Shown here piece by piece: positions 1 through 14,025 of a stretch of DNA of 64,000 bases. The notes under the pieces were generated by a model. It did no database searches, had not been told where the DNA came from, and was given only the letters and a program-made list of their open reading frames with translations. The DNA is from Eledone cirrhosa (taxonomy: Eukaryota), in NCBI GenBank assembly GCA_964016885.1, contig OZ024755.1, positions 40,176,001 through 40,240,000 of the forward strand. The letters run 5' to 3'. The first letter of the stretch is position 1. Every line of letters begins with the position of its first letter. The position numbers and the translations under genes are program-made.

Positions 1-1724
1 AAATAAAATATTGCAGGGGTATATTTCAGGAGGACAGTCTCTCTGTGATATTACTCATCTTGTCATTAAACTCCTTGTCCTTTCTGCTCAAGAAATGTGA
101 GGGATACATCATTGGCTCACAGGAGGACAGAAATACGAACCTAACCCATAATTTCTTTGTGGGTGATCTGAAACTCTATGCCAAGAACATGGATGGGATG
201 AAGAAAAATCTTGACCTGGTTACAACGTTCTCAAAGGATATAGGAATGGAGTTTAGCCAAGATAAATGCTCATACATGACTGTAAAGCGGGGAAAAACAA
301 CAACCCAATCTAGCAATATTGTCATCAATGGCCTAACTGTTTCATCGATATCTGATGAGGACTACTACAGATACCTGGGGATAGATGAGAACATATTCTA
401 TAATGGTATCTGCAATAAGGAACGCATAACCAGGGAATACTACACCCGATTAAGAAAGATCTGGTCATCGGAACTCTCTGCGCAAAACAAAACAGTGGCG
501 CACAATGTATTTTCAGTGTCTGTCCTAACACCAACGTTTGGAATGCTCAATTGGATGATAGACGAAATCCGAGCAGTTGATGATGGAGCTCGAAAAATAC
601 TAAACAACACCGGAAACATCCACATCAACAGTGACATAGACCGCCCTTACTTGAAACGTAAGCAGGGAGGCAGAGGCCTAACATGAGTCCAGACAACATT
701 TGAATGTCGCATCATATCTCTCCGACAACATATACGAACCTCGAAGCGTAGGAGTCCGTTTCTCGAGCAAGTCTATCTGCATGAAACAGATAAGATCATG
801 GGAGTTGGGAAGGAACTCTTCGAGAGATATTCCCTGTGTGATAATCAAAAACTCACACCCAGGGAAGTCGCTCAACAGTATCGCAGTGAATCCATGGATG
901 AAAAACTGCATACTTATCAGCAAAAAATCATGCATGGATATGTTGCCAGGAAGCTCCAGAGTGAGAGTAATATAGATAAGGAAAGTAGTCTATCTTGGAC
1001 CAACAACCGCTATATTGGTTCCCACTTTGAAGGATACGCTTTTGCAATCCAAGAACAGGAGATTAACACGAAATACCTGATTCACAAAAGAGATAGGGAT
1101 GCAGGCAAAATACCTAGATGTGATAACAAGTGCAGACTCTGCAGAACTAACATTGAGGATATCACCCATGTCATCAGCAGCTGTCCAAAGATGTCATCGC
1201 GGTACTATCTACCTATGAGGCATGATGTAGTGGCCAAAACACTGTACAATGCAGTTCGTAAAAAAGATAGCCCCGATAATAAACACATTAAAAGCTACAG
1301 CAATGTGGAAGACCTCCATGTACATAATATGAAAGAGTACTGGTGGAATGTTCCAGTAAAACCCCCAATAAAATGCAGGCATAACAGACCAGATATAATG
1401 ATATGGGACAGGGAGAAGAAAGCATGCACAGTAGTAGAAATTAGCTGCCCAGCAGATGCCAATATAATATCCAAGATTAGTGAAAAGGAGAATATTTAAG
1501 CAGAACTGATGAGAAATCTGCAGATACTCCACCCTGACTATACCTTCAGATTTATACCTGTGATTATTGGGGCACTGTGGTATGTTAGTAACTGCCTCAA
1601 TACAAATCTTGAGAAGCCAGGCTTCACAGGAACAGAAACAACACAACTAGTTAGGAAATTACAAGTACAATCCATTAATGGAACAGTAAAAATATGTAAA
1701 ACATTCCAAAAATGTTGTATCTAA
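1..1724 (+). pseudogene. 3' part of an R4/Dong-type non-LTR retrotransposon ORF (RT, CCHC knuckle, restriction-like endonuclease)
   Basis: ORFs 45-686, 798-1499 and 1509-1724 are one frame broken by two stops. Motifs: GVYFRRTVS/GIFQEDSLS region, FFVGDLKLY (decayed xDD), YRYLG, GGRGL, CRLC..EDITHVISSC, RHDVV, RPDIMIWD..VVEISCP, FIPVIIGAL. The 3' UTR runs to ~1955 and ends in an (ATAC/ATAG)n tract. Confidence 0.92.
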
Positions 1725-2044
1725 TAACTGCATATACATATGTACAGATGCAAAGCATATACACATGCACACATACAACTCAAAACATACACATCCACAC
1801 ATACAATAACATCCATATCTACACATGCAGACATGCATACATATCTACCTAGTTGATGTTGAGTAAATTCCAATGAGAGAGTCTTGTGTCTATGTTAGAA
1901 ACCGACTCTCTCTCTCTATTGGTAAAACTTTGTGAAATTATAAAACCAGAAGAACATACATAGATACATACATACATAGATAGATGGATACATACATACA
2001 TATAACATACATATATACATACAAAGAGAGAGACATACGATACT

Positions 2045-2275
2045 TAGTCTTTACGTTATTCGAACCCCAGTAAGTCTCGGTTCCTGGCTGCACATTGTCT
2101 TTCAGCAAGACACTTTATTTCCTGTTGCTTCAATTCTCTCAGCTGGAAAAACATGTGTGACACTGAATCTCCCTGGAGGATTCCCAGTCACCTTCACGTT
2201 AATTTGACGAACTGCCTGTTCCGCTGATCAAACACCTGAAATATTCATCGTCGCAGCCGATGGATAACGAGCATT
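2045..2275 (+). mobile_element. Decayed tRNA-derived SINE remnant
   Basis: Core gcaagacactttatttcctgttgcttcaattctctcagctgg and 3' cctgttccgctgatc resemble mollusc/octopus SINE cores as I recall them; not database-checked. Confidence 0.4.
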
Positions 2276-3125
2276 ATAGTTTATATCTTTATATTGATTT
2301 CATTCTATGAAAATATGAATTATTTGTGAGGCAGCCAATTGCCAGAGTTTTTAGGACGTCGGATTAAATATGACGATGTTTGTTCTAGCTTACGTGTACG
2401 TCCTAAGTTCAAACCCCGCCAATGTCATCATTTGGGGGCCGATACATAAAGAAGCACTCCAGCAGGGGAGGGAGATGGGGGAATTGTTCAAAAGTCGAAC
2501 CTTTGCACCATCTGATCTGGGTCTGTATATTCTGAGTTCAAATTTCGTCTCCTTTCAAGAGTTACGACTGACTGACAGTAGATTCAGAAATGGAAATATG
2601 ATTTCTTTGTCCGATATGACCATTAGCTCGTTTCTTTTCTTTTTCATGTTACAAATGTTCACATATGTCTACATGTCATTGAGTCGTAAAAGAAGTTTGT
2701 TCTTTTAACTGAAACAGATTTAATGAATATTCTGTAATATTCGGTGAAGAAAGGTAAAGTCGTGTAGCTTTTAGTGCCATTGTAAGGAATATTACTTAAT
2801 GAAGAGCAACACGAAATGTTGGTAGATAGGAAGCAATAAGAACATCTGGAATGACAGCAACGTAGCAGGAAACAGAAACGGAAATGGTATCTTGAAAATG
2901 TCACGAGATTTTCCGTGTGATCAAATAAGCGGGGTCGGTGTAAAGACAGGAGAAAAGAAAGCAATAGTTTCTATTATTTTCCAGATCACCACAGGAATGG
3001 CTGCTTCGAAGTCCTTCTCATTTCCTCTCTCAACTGAAACTATTTCATCAACAATTTAGATAGGAGAACCCAGTAACACACGATATAAAACACACACACA
3101 ACTACGCACACGCACACGCACACGT

Positions 3126-3216
<91 letters not shown>

Positions 3217-3338
3217 CTCTCTCAATCTATTATCTATATATTTCTTCCTTTCATTCACGCACACAGGTACTCACTCGTATATATGCATACACAAACACAC
3301 ACACATATATATATGTATATATATATGTTATATATGTG

Positions 3339-3445
<107 letters not shown>

Positions 3446-3467
3446 GAATATATATATATATATATAT

Positions 3468-4104
<637 letters not shown>

Positions 4105-4140
4105 AGCAAGATGTATGGTAGGTCGTACGTAAATCGTATA

Positions 4141-4180
<40 letters not shown>

Positions 4181-4384
4181 GTTTCTGAATTTGTTTAGCA
4201 AGATTCTTTATCTGAAATCGTGTGTTGAAACCGATATTGTTATACTTTGGGAGGGTCATGTTGCCAATAAGAAACACACGCACCACATGCTTTCACTTCA
4301 ATTTATTATATATTTATAAATTTATAAATTTATAAAATTTCTGGTTGGTTGGTTGGTTCCACAACCAGATAGTTGTTTATATAT

Positions 4385-4429
4385 AGTCATAGTTCTTTCG
4401 TCACACACTCTGTGACCTCTTCAGTGACT
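4385..4429 (-). ncRNA. Minimal type I hammerhead in the PLE-A 3' repeat
   Basis: Minus strand: AGTCA-CTGAAGA-G-GTCACA-GAGTG-TGTGAC-GAAA-GAAC-TA^TGACT. Homologues at 7954-7998 (+, CAGAAGA), 8557-8599 (-) and 18066-18108 (-, GAAC). Confidence 0.7.
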
Positions 4430-4625
4430 GGGGATTCCTTTCTTTGTTTCTGTGCCTCTCCTTTGTTCTGTCCTACGCCATTTTGTTTCTGTGTGTGTGT
4501 TGTGTGCTCAGTCTGCGCATGCGCCACATCCGGGTGTCTGTGTGTGTTTATGTTCATTTATTTATTTGTTTATTTACATGTTACTGGTTGGTTGTTTGTT
4601 CTATGTGTGTGTTTTCATTTTGTCC

Positions 4626-7623
4626 TTAATTGTAAGTTGTGATGTTGCTGTTCCACTCATATTTTCTATTTAATTTGGGTTGTAATTCTTTTATGTTTAT
4701 TGCCTCTGTAATTTGTCTAAACATTGCGTCTTTTCTGTGTGTAGATTCTATTTTTATTTCTATGTTCTCTAATTTACCCTTGTGTTCTATCTTAGCATGT
4801 TGGTAGAGTACAGATGATTCTTTATTATCTTGAAGGTCTCGCCAGTGTTCATTTATCCGTTCCCCTACACTACGAGCTGTCTCACCTATGTACACTATAT
4901 TTTTGTCTCTACATTGTCCTTCAGTACATCTTATGCTATACACTACAATTCTAGTTTTACAGTTAATATGGGAGCTTATTTTACAGGTTATACATTTCTT
5001 ATCTATACATGGTGATCTTTGAAAAGGGTATGTCTTGCTAATAAGTGTTTTTACGGAGGTACCTGGTCTTTCTACAATCTTAATATTGAGTTTATGTTTA
5101 TTTAGGGCCCTTCTAAATTTGTAAGCTAATTCACCTCTAGGGGTTGTATTGATGAACATTACACTCTGGTATTTATTGCTATCATACCATGAGTTTATTC
5201 TATTAGCCTTGTTCCCAGTTCTTTCTATTCTATTCCAAAATTTGCTCCTATACAAGGGGCAGGTCCCATTTATGTCATTATTTACCATTTTTTCCCATTT
5301 GGTTCTGGCTCCTCTATACACTCTGATTTTATCTCTCTGATTGTAACCAGAGAACTGCATACGGTGGATGAAGTGTTGTATGTGTCTCTCTAGTTCTTCG
5401 GGGTTGCACATGCGCGACACATTTCTCATCACCCGTACCAAATCCGCAATCAGTATGTTGATTTTGGTATGGTCCGAAATGGCCGAGTTTCGGTGGATCA
5501 GATGTTTGGAAGTCATGGGTTTGGCATAATGGGAATGGAGGATTTGTTTTTTGTTGTTAATGGTATCTAGCCAGAGCTCTGTGTCTAGTACAGGTAATCG
5601 ATGGTTGGGGTGTTTACTTGGCTAGTCTATAGTAACTCTAATGCTCTGGTGGATGGAGTTAGCTATTTGCTGGATGCTTTCCATTGTGTTTTTCTCATGT
5701 TGCTGACTGTTCTCTAGTGGGGGTGTCTTAACTACGATGTTTATATCATCTACGTAGCGGGAGTACATTATCAGGGTTAAGGGGTCTTCTAATTGTTCTT
5801 TAAGTTTAAGTTTAAGTCTACTGTCCCACCATACCATGAATAAGTTAGCTATGTCGCCTGCAATGCTAACACCAATGGCTGCTCCTTCCTCTTGGGCATA
5901 TGTTTTTCCATTAAATTTGAACATATGTTCCTTAAGGGTTAGGTTTATGCTCGCCCCTACCGCATGTGCAATCATTTTTCTTCAGTTCATCGTGGTTTTC
6001 GGGTGTCCGTATGACTCTGGTCCACCCGTTCCATTTATCTGTGTGGGTTTTCTTGGCCATTGAGGTAATGGTAGGTGGTCTGCCTCTTGCTGGTCTCGTA
6101 GGGCACAGGTTGCTAAGGTCATATGTGGCTAGGTAACTATTACTATAAGTAAGCTTAAGTAGGAGTCCCAGCTCACTGGTATCAATCCCACGGAACTCAA
6201 CCTTGCTCTCACTGATCATTTCTACGCATTTCTCGACAGCAAAATCCACGTCAATAGATGGATACAGGGACACAACATCCATACTGCCTATTATGCAGTT
6301 TGTTAGGTCCCCAGATCGGTTACTCACGCCGATTCTGCTGATGAGGTCCTCCGTGCTGTCACATACATCTGGGGACATTTCAATGATGGGGCGTATGATC
6401 AGGGAGAGGAAGTAGGACAGTCTGTAGTTACTAGCAATGTTAGCTCCACACACTGGCCGTGTTGGTGGTCCCGTGACAGGGTCACAGCCCGTTTTATGGT
6501 CTTCTCGAAGCCCATACAACGCCGGCACGTCATTGTTCCAGGCCTGGAAGTTGTTGGCAGTCCTTTTGTTGGGCTGCATTATATTCGTCCACATCACCAT
6601 ATGGGCATTGAGGGCTTTTTCTCTATCCTCATGCTCCTGTGGTGTTACCTCTCTTGTGTTAGTGATGTGGGGTTGCATTGCCTGGATGTAGTTTGGCAGG
6701 CTGTCAACCGACATTCTGCCAGACTTGTCTGTTGGAAAGCATGCTATCTCTCCATTACGTGAGCGCTGCATGAGCTTACGCAAGCCATTTGCAGATTTTT
6801 CTCCCAGTTGCTGGGCCTCCATTCTATTATGCTTCTTGCTATACTGTTCTATAATATTTCTAAGTTCGGATCTAGCTATACTAAATTGTGCTTCTGTTTG
6901 TTCATCGACCTGCGACGGCAATTGCGTGCGTTTGTTAAATGGTAAAGTCGTGGCGTGGACTCGTCGCAGGTCGAATGATTTATCGGAGGGATTATAAAAC
7001 GTAGAGTTCCAGCCTGCTGCTGTATGTGTACTAGTGCTATTGTTATTGTTAGTTGTGTTGTTTCTATTTCTATTTCCACCAACAGCCTCATGGTTGTTTC
7101 TATGTCTCTCATAATTACTCCTGTCTCTTTCCACTGGCTCATTGTTGTTATCTACCCTATTTTGTGTGTCTGTGTGTTCGTCTTGGTTATTCTCTTTGTC
7201 CTTAGTCTCCCTTCTCCTTTTAATCCTATTACTTTCCCTTATTTCTGTGATTTCTGTGATACTGTCATTACTTGTTTTCTGTGTCTGTGTGTTTGTTAAG
7301 ATTGTGGTGAGAGGCATGGAATGCGTGTGTGTTGTTGTTGTTGATGTGTGCTGTTGTTAATGTGTGTTGTTGTTGTCTCCGTGTGTGTTATTGTTGTTGT
7401 GTGTGTTGTTATTGTTGTTTGTGTCTGAGTGTCTGTTGTTGTTGTTTCTGGGTATGTTGTTATTGTTGTTGTTGTTGATGTGTGTGTTGTTGTTATTGTT
7501 GTTTGTGTCTGTGTGTCTGTCGTTGTTGGGATGTGTGTGCGTATATTGTTGCTTTTGTTTTTGTTTTAGTTTTTGAGGCTCCAGCGTAGTTTTGTAGATG
7601 ATTTTTCTATTTCTGACAGACAA
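4626..7623 (-). pseudogene. PLE-A polyprotein (RT + C-terminal GIY-YIG endonuclease), disrupted
   Basis: PTDKSG, GSMDVVSLYPSI, QEEGAAIG..AGDIANLFMVWWD, SRYVDD, LPVLD, VVYSIRC..YIGETARSVGERINEH, RQITEAINI..PKLN. Frameshift near 5975 and a stop at 5622-5624. Confidence 0.93.
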
Positions 7624-8234
7624 CTAATCATATTTACCTTCTTGAATGTCGCAAATTTCGGGGGTAAACGTAACACAGACATCTCATCGTTATCTATTCT
7701 TGCGTTACCATATATATTTGTGTTGTTGTTGCAACATCACAACTTACAATTAAGGACAAAATGAAAACACACACACACATAGAACAAACAACCAACCAGT
7801 AACATGTAAATAAACAAATAAATAAATGAACATAAACACACACAGACACCCGGATGTGGCGCATGCGCAGACTGAGCACACAACACACACACAGAAACAA
7901 AATGGCGTAGGACAGAACAAAGGAGAGGCACAGAAACAAAGAAAGGAATCCCCAGTCACAGAAGAGGTCACAGAGTGTGTGACGAAAGAACTATGACTAT
8001 ATATAAACAACTATCTGGTTGTGGAACCAACCAACCAACCAGAAATTTATAAATTTATAAATTTATAAATATATAATAAATTGAAGTGAAAGCAACTGGT
8101 GCGTGTGTTTCTTATTGGCAACATGACCCTCCCAAAGTATAACAATATATATATATGTATATATATATATGTATATATATATATGTATATATATGTATAT
8201 ATATATATGTATATATATGTGTATATATATATAC

Positions 8235-8269
<35 letters not shown>

Positions 8270-8367
8270 CATATACATACATATATATATACATATACAT
8301 ACATATATATATACATATACATACATATATATATACATATATATAGTTATACATACGTATATATACA

Positions 8368-8399
<32 letters not shown>

Positions 8400-8403
8400 C
8401 ATA

Positions 8404-9963
8404 TATTGTTATACTTTGGGCGGGTCATGTTGCCAATCAGAAGCACACGCACAAGTTGCTTTCACTTCACTTTATTATAATAAATTTATAAATTTAGGAA
8501 TTTATAAATTTCCGGTTGGTTGGTTAGTTCCACAACCAGATGGTTGTTTATATATTGTCAAAGTTCTTTCGTCACACATTATGTGACCTCTTCAGTGACT
8601 GGGGATTCTTTTCTTTGTTTTTGTGTCTCTCCTTTGTTCTGTCCTACGCCATTTTGTTTCTGTGCGTGTGTTGTGTGCTCAGTCTGCGCATGCGCCACAT
8701 CCGGGTGTCTGTGTGTGTTTATATTCGTTTATTTATTTGTTTATTTACATGTTACAGGTTAGTTGTTTGTTCTATATGCGTGTGTGTTTTCATTTTGTCT
8801 TTAATTGTAAGTTGTGATGTTGCTGTTCCACTCATGTTTTCTATTTAATTTTGGTTGTAATTCTTTTATGTTTATTGCCTCTGTGATTTGTCTAAACATT
8901 GTGTCTTTTCTGTGTGTAGATTCTATTTTTATTTCTATGTTCTCTAATTTACCCTTGTGTTCTATCTTAGCATGTTGGTAGAGTACAGATGATTCTTTAT
9001 TATCTTGAAGGTCTCGCCAGTGTTCATTTATCCGTTCCCCTACACTACGAGCTATCTCACATATGTACACTATATTTTTGTCTCTACATTGTCCTTCAGT
9101 ACATCTTATGCTCTATACTACATTTTTAGTTTTACAGTTAATATGGGGGCTTAATTTACAGGTTATACATTTCTTATCTATACAGGGGGGGTGAAAAGGG
9201 TATGGCTTGCTAATAAATGTTTTTACGGAGGTACCTGGTCTTTCTACTATCTTAATATTGAGTTCATGTTTTTCTAGGCCCCTTCTAAATTTGTAAGCTA
9301 ATTCACCTCTAGGGGTTGTATTGATGAACATTACACTCTGGTATTTATTGCTATCATACCATGAGTTTATTCTATTAGCCTTGTTCCTAGTTCTTTCTAT
9401 TCTATTCCAAAATTTGCTCCTATACAAGGGGCAGGTCCCATTTGTGTCATTATTTACCATTTTTTCCCATTTGGTTCTGGCTCCTCTATACACTCTGATT
9501 TTATCTCTCTGATTGTAACCAGAGAACTGCATACGGTGGATGAAGTGTTGCATGTGTCTCTCTACTTCTTCGGGGTTGCCCATACGGGACACGTTTCTCA
9601 TCACCCGTACCAAATCCGCAATCAGTATGTTGATTTTGGTATGGTCCGAAACCGCTGAGTTTGGGTGGATCAGATGTTTGGAATTCATGGGTTTGGCATA
9701 ATGGGAATGGAGGATTTGTTTTTTTGTTATTAATGGTATCTAACCAGAGCTCTGTGTCTAGCACAGGTAATCGATGGTTGGGGTGTTTACTTGGGTAGTT
9801 TATAGTAACTCTAATACTCTGGTGGATGGGATTAGCTATTTGCTGGATGCTTTCAATTGTGTTTTTCTCTAATTCCTGACTGTTCTCTAGTGGGGGTGTT
9901 TTAACTACGATGTTTATATCATCAACGTAGCGGGAGTACATTATCAGGATTAAGGGGTCTTCT
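8404..9963 (-). mobile_element. PLE-A copy 2, 5'-truncated (from RT YVDD through GIY-YIG and 3' UTR)
   Basis: Near-identical to 4233-5790, with frameshifts. Embedded in (TA)n. Confidence 0.92.
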
Positions 9964-10013
9964 ATATATCTACACATATATATATACATATATATACACA
10001 TATATATATATAC

Positions 10014-10151
<138 letters not shown>

Positions 10152-10182
10152 GTATGTATATATATTTAAATATATGTATATA

Positions 10183-10235
<53 letters not shown>

Positions 10236-10558
10236 GTATATGTGTATATATATATATGTGTATATCATATATATGTGTATCATCATCATCATCATCATCA
10301 GGTTTAGCGTCCGTGTTCCACGCTTGCATGTATGTATGTATATATATGTATGTATGTATATGTATGTATGTATGTATATGTATGTATGTATGTATATGTA
10401 TGTATGTATGTATATGTATATATGTATGTATATATATATGTATGTATATATATATATGTATGTATATATATATATGTATGTATATGTGTATGTATGTATA
10501 TATATATGTATGTATATATATATGTATGTATATATATATGTATGTATATATATATGTA

Positions 10559-11060
10559 GAGGGTGACTTTGGACATCCTGCAGGACTAAAAACAAAACCT
10601 GTCAAAGGGCAAGGAAGCTCTTAAGACTCAATAGCCATCCAAAATCACCGGAAGAGATGACCCCTTAGCCTTTGTCAAGGCAGAATTCTAGGAGAAGGAA
10701 AACTCTGATATAACACCTGCAACCCTGATGGTATCCAATGATGTTGACTTGTTCTTCTTTTTGGTAAATATCATCTTGGTTAAGAGAGTGGGACTGGCTT
10801 TGTGCAGTGCCTTTGCTCACTATAAAAGCTTCACAGCACAGGCATTGCTTTATATCTGGAGATCTCTCTGCACTTGTCATCACATGGTACCATGGGCCCT
10901 GCACTATGTATCAATAATGGTCACAAGTGTAGTCTTTGTACCAGAGTTTTCAAGTCGCTGGCTGGACTAAAAAGTCACATTCTTTCAGCGCATCGGTAGG
11001 GGTTCTCCTACATGGATATAAAGTAGTGGCCGTACTCGAAAACGAGTTGGCAGCCACCAT
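10559..11060 (+). mobile_element. Non-autonomous RTE-like element, 5'-truncated copy
   Basis: Highly similar to 21325-21830. Contains ctaggagaaggaaaactctga, which I recognise from RTE 5' UTRs. No RT ORF. Confidence 0.55.
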
Positions 11061-11075
11061 ATATATATATATATA

Positions 11076-11772
11076 AACGGAAAAAATGAAACGATACTTC
11101 ATTTCCCACTCTTAGTACGGCTGTTACTTAAATATAAGTATGTACACGTACATACATATATGTATACCGACGTACAGTAGTATATATATATATACATACA
11201 TGCACACATATATATGCACGTATGGATTCACCGAACATTTATTATAATGCTCGGTGTTTTGTAAACAAACATCCCGTATTAAGCCGTACGTGCATATATA
11301 TATGTGTGCATGTATGTATATATATATATACATACTACTGTACGTCGGTATACATATATGTATGTACGTGTACATACTTATATTTAAGTAACAGCCGTAC
11401 TAAGAGTGGGAAATGAAATATCGTTTCATTTTTTCCGTTTATCGTTTTCGGTGCACCCGGCCGATTAACCCACTCGATATGCAAATTGGGCTACTCAGCC
11501 GTTAATATGCATAAGGTAAGTATATACGTTCAACAATCTGGCAGGAAGGTATATGTTGCTGACGATAGCTAACAAGCTTGAAACTAGTACAGCGTTCCTT
11601 TGTCAGTGTTGAACAAACGAGCAACGGTGGTTGCTAGACACTACGGCTTAATACGGGATGTTTGTTTACAAACACACCGAGCATTATAATAAATGTTCGG
11701 TGAATCCATACGTGCATATATATATGTGTGCATGTATGTATATATATATATACATACTACTGTACATCGGTA
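11076..11772 (+). mobile_element. Non-coding HHR element family delta: 422 bp unit in partial tandem plus an inverted arm
   Basis: acgtgcatata.. recurs at 11288 and 11710. 11076-11287 is an inverted copy that spans the unit junction. TA flanks. Confidence 0.8.
11554..11594 (+). ncRNA. Minimal type I hammerhead ribozyme (family delta)
   Basis: TGTTG-CTGACGA-TAGCT-AACA-AGCTT-GAAA-CTAG-TA^CAGCG, with palindromic ACTAGT. Confidence 0.8.
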
Positions 11773-11789
11773 CTTATATATACTTATAT

Positions 11790-12512
11790 AGGATGGTATA
11801 ATAGTGAAATAATTATTTAATTAGCAGTGAGTTAACTAATTTTCTGTGTTTATCAATAGGTACCCAGATAAATTAAGTAACTTCACCTCGGAAAAATATC
11901 TAAGATCTGGTTAACGTAGCGAAAATACACGAGGTTTTGCACACGACTTATTCCAATCCTCTAGCCTCCCACACTCATAGTGCTAGAAATAACAGCCGTT
12001 TATATGGGATTACAAATTCAGCTCAACTGAGGGAGCAGTAATATAATATAACTTAGAGTTTACACTCAATGGGGTCATTTACAATTATTTTAGCTCTAAG
12101 AATCACTTCTGAGCAGTATAAATTAATATATGATAAACATTTACATGTTTTTGTTGCAATTGAGAATAAAATAGCTAGAATGAAATATCTTAATTCTAAT
12201 ACATATAGTCTGCCTGTGTCGATCTAAAAAATAATAAATCAATACTAATTAATTATTTCACTATTATACCATCCTTTGTGAAACATGTTTAAATGTTGAA
12301 GTTCCGACTGATCTGCAGAAAAAGTTTGTATTTTGAAATTTAAACGTGTCTAGGTACCAAGGCCTTTTGCCGATATGTGTTTGGGAGTATTGATTTATGA
12401 TTTTTTAGATCGACACAGGCAGACTATATGTATTTGAATTAAAATATTTCATTTTAGCTATTTTATTGTCAATTGCAACGAAAACATGTAAATGTTTATC
12501 ATATATTAATTT
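11790..12512. repeat. Nested inverted-repeat element in TA-rich DNA
   Basis: 12121-12246 is inverted at 12386-12511, and 11791-11824 is inverted at 12245-12275. Confidence 0.65.
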
Positions 12513-12589
12513 ACATATATATATATACACACATATATATACATTATACACACACATATATACACACATATATATATATATATACATAC

Positions 12590-12636
<47 letters not shown>

Positions 12637-12658
12637 ATATATATATATATATATACAT

Positions 12659-12690
<32 letters not shown>

Positions 12691-12720
12691 TACACACACA
12701 CATATATATATATACATTAT

Positions 12721-12767
<47 letters not shown>

Positions 12768-12905
12768 TATATATATATATATACATTATATATGTATATA
12801 TATATAATGTATATATATATATATATACATTATATATATATAATGTTTATATATATATATATATAATGTATATATATATATATATAATGTATATATATAT
12901 ATATA

Positions 12906-12973
<68 letters not shown>

Positions 12974-13097
12974 TATTAACAATATAGTTTCCATTTATTA
13001 ATATATTGTGCATTTACTCCATTACATTGTTGAGTGCTTTATATCAGTTATAAAAATGTTTAAGATTGTTGAATCCCAACAAATTAAATATAGCCTC

Positions 13098-13193
<96 letters not shown>

Positions 13194-13337
13194 CATAGTT
13201 GAGGTTTTCCTTTATGCATGTCAATTTAATAATCTGTAAATAGCAATAAATGATAGAATTAATGGTTAACTGTTTGTCTTATCTTTTGCAGCATTTCGTA
13301 TGAGTATAAGAATGATGTAGGATATGTTTATGGGTTA

Positions 13338-13582
13338 TTAGACTAGAACAGATAATGTGTTTGTGATGGAGGGGATATAACAGTGTTAGGGTGAAGTTAT
13401 TAGAATAGAACAGATAATGTGTTTGTGATGGACGGGATATAACAGTGTTAGGGTGAAGTTATTAGAATAGAACAGATAATGTGTTTGTGATGGACGGGAT
13501 ATAACAGTGTTAGGGTGAGGTTATTAGAATAGAACAGATAATGTGTTTGTGGTGGACGGGATATAACAGTGTTAGGGTAAAG
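13338..13582. repeat. 62 bp minisatellite, ~4 copies
   Basis: tagaacagataatgtgtttgtgatggacgggatataacagtgttaggg at 13344, 13406, 13468 and 13530. Confidence 0.92.
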
Positions 13583-13844
13583 TGGTTTGGTTATGTTTAG
13601 AGATTACTTGGGGATTTAGTAATTTAGACATGCATGGATATGTGATTGAGGGATGTGACCCCTTACTTTGTCATTGGCAGGGATAAGTTAGCGGAGGAGG
13701 GGACGACGAAGAAGAAGACAAGGAGGAGGAGAAGGAGGAGAAGAGAAGAAGAAGTAGAAGAACAACCACCACAACAACCACAGCAACAACAACATGTGTG
13801 TAATAGAATCACGCCATAGCACAGAAATATATCTAATCCCCGTT

Positions 13845-14025
13845 ATATAGACATATATTGAGGAAGGTGGTGGTGGTGGTGATGGAGAGACATATGAGGA
13901 AGGCCGTGGTGGTGGTGGTGGAGATATATATGAGGAAGGTCGTGGTGGTGGTGGTGGAGATATATATGAGGAAGGTGGTGGTGGTGGTGGAGAGATATAT
14001 GAAGAAGGTGGTGGTGGAGAGATGA
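13845..14025. repeat. ~36 bp GGT-rich tandem repeat
   Basis: gatatatatgaggaaggtggtggtggtggtgga repeated ~5 times. Confidence 0.8.

Larger units (their letters stand above)
4178..8145 (-). mobile_element. Penelope-like element family A, copy 1, with an inverted 3'-end arm (7722-8145)
   Basis: RT + GIY-YIG on the minus strand and a 3' UTR at 4625-4178. 7722-8145 is the reverse complement of ~4233-4650. Flanked by TA-rich microsatellite. Confidence 0.93.

Noticed and set aside
11884-12390. Possible hammerheads at ~11886-11935 and ~12302-12388
   Set aside because: Stems are plausible but several core positions are wrong (GGAAAAA; CTGATCT, GATA). Too decayed to call.
13270-13322. Strong splice-acceptor-like tttgtcttatcttttgcag, and donor-like CAGGTAAG at ~24848
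   Set aside because: Isolated signals with no linkable coding exon. A host intron or lncRNA cannot be shown without RNA data.
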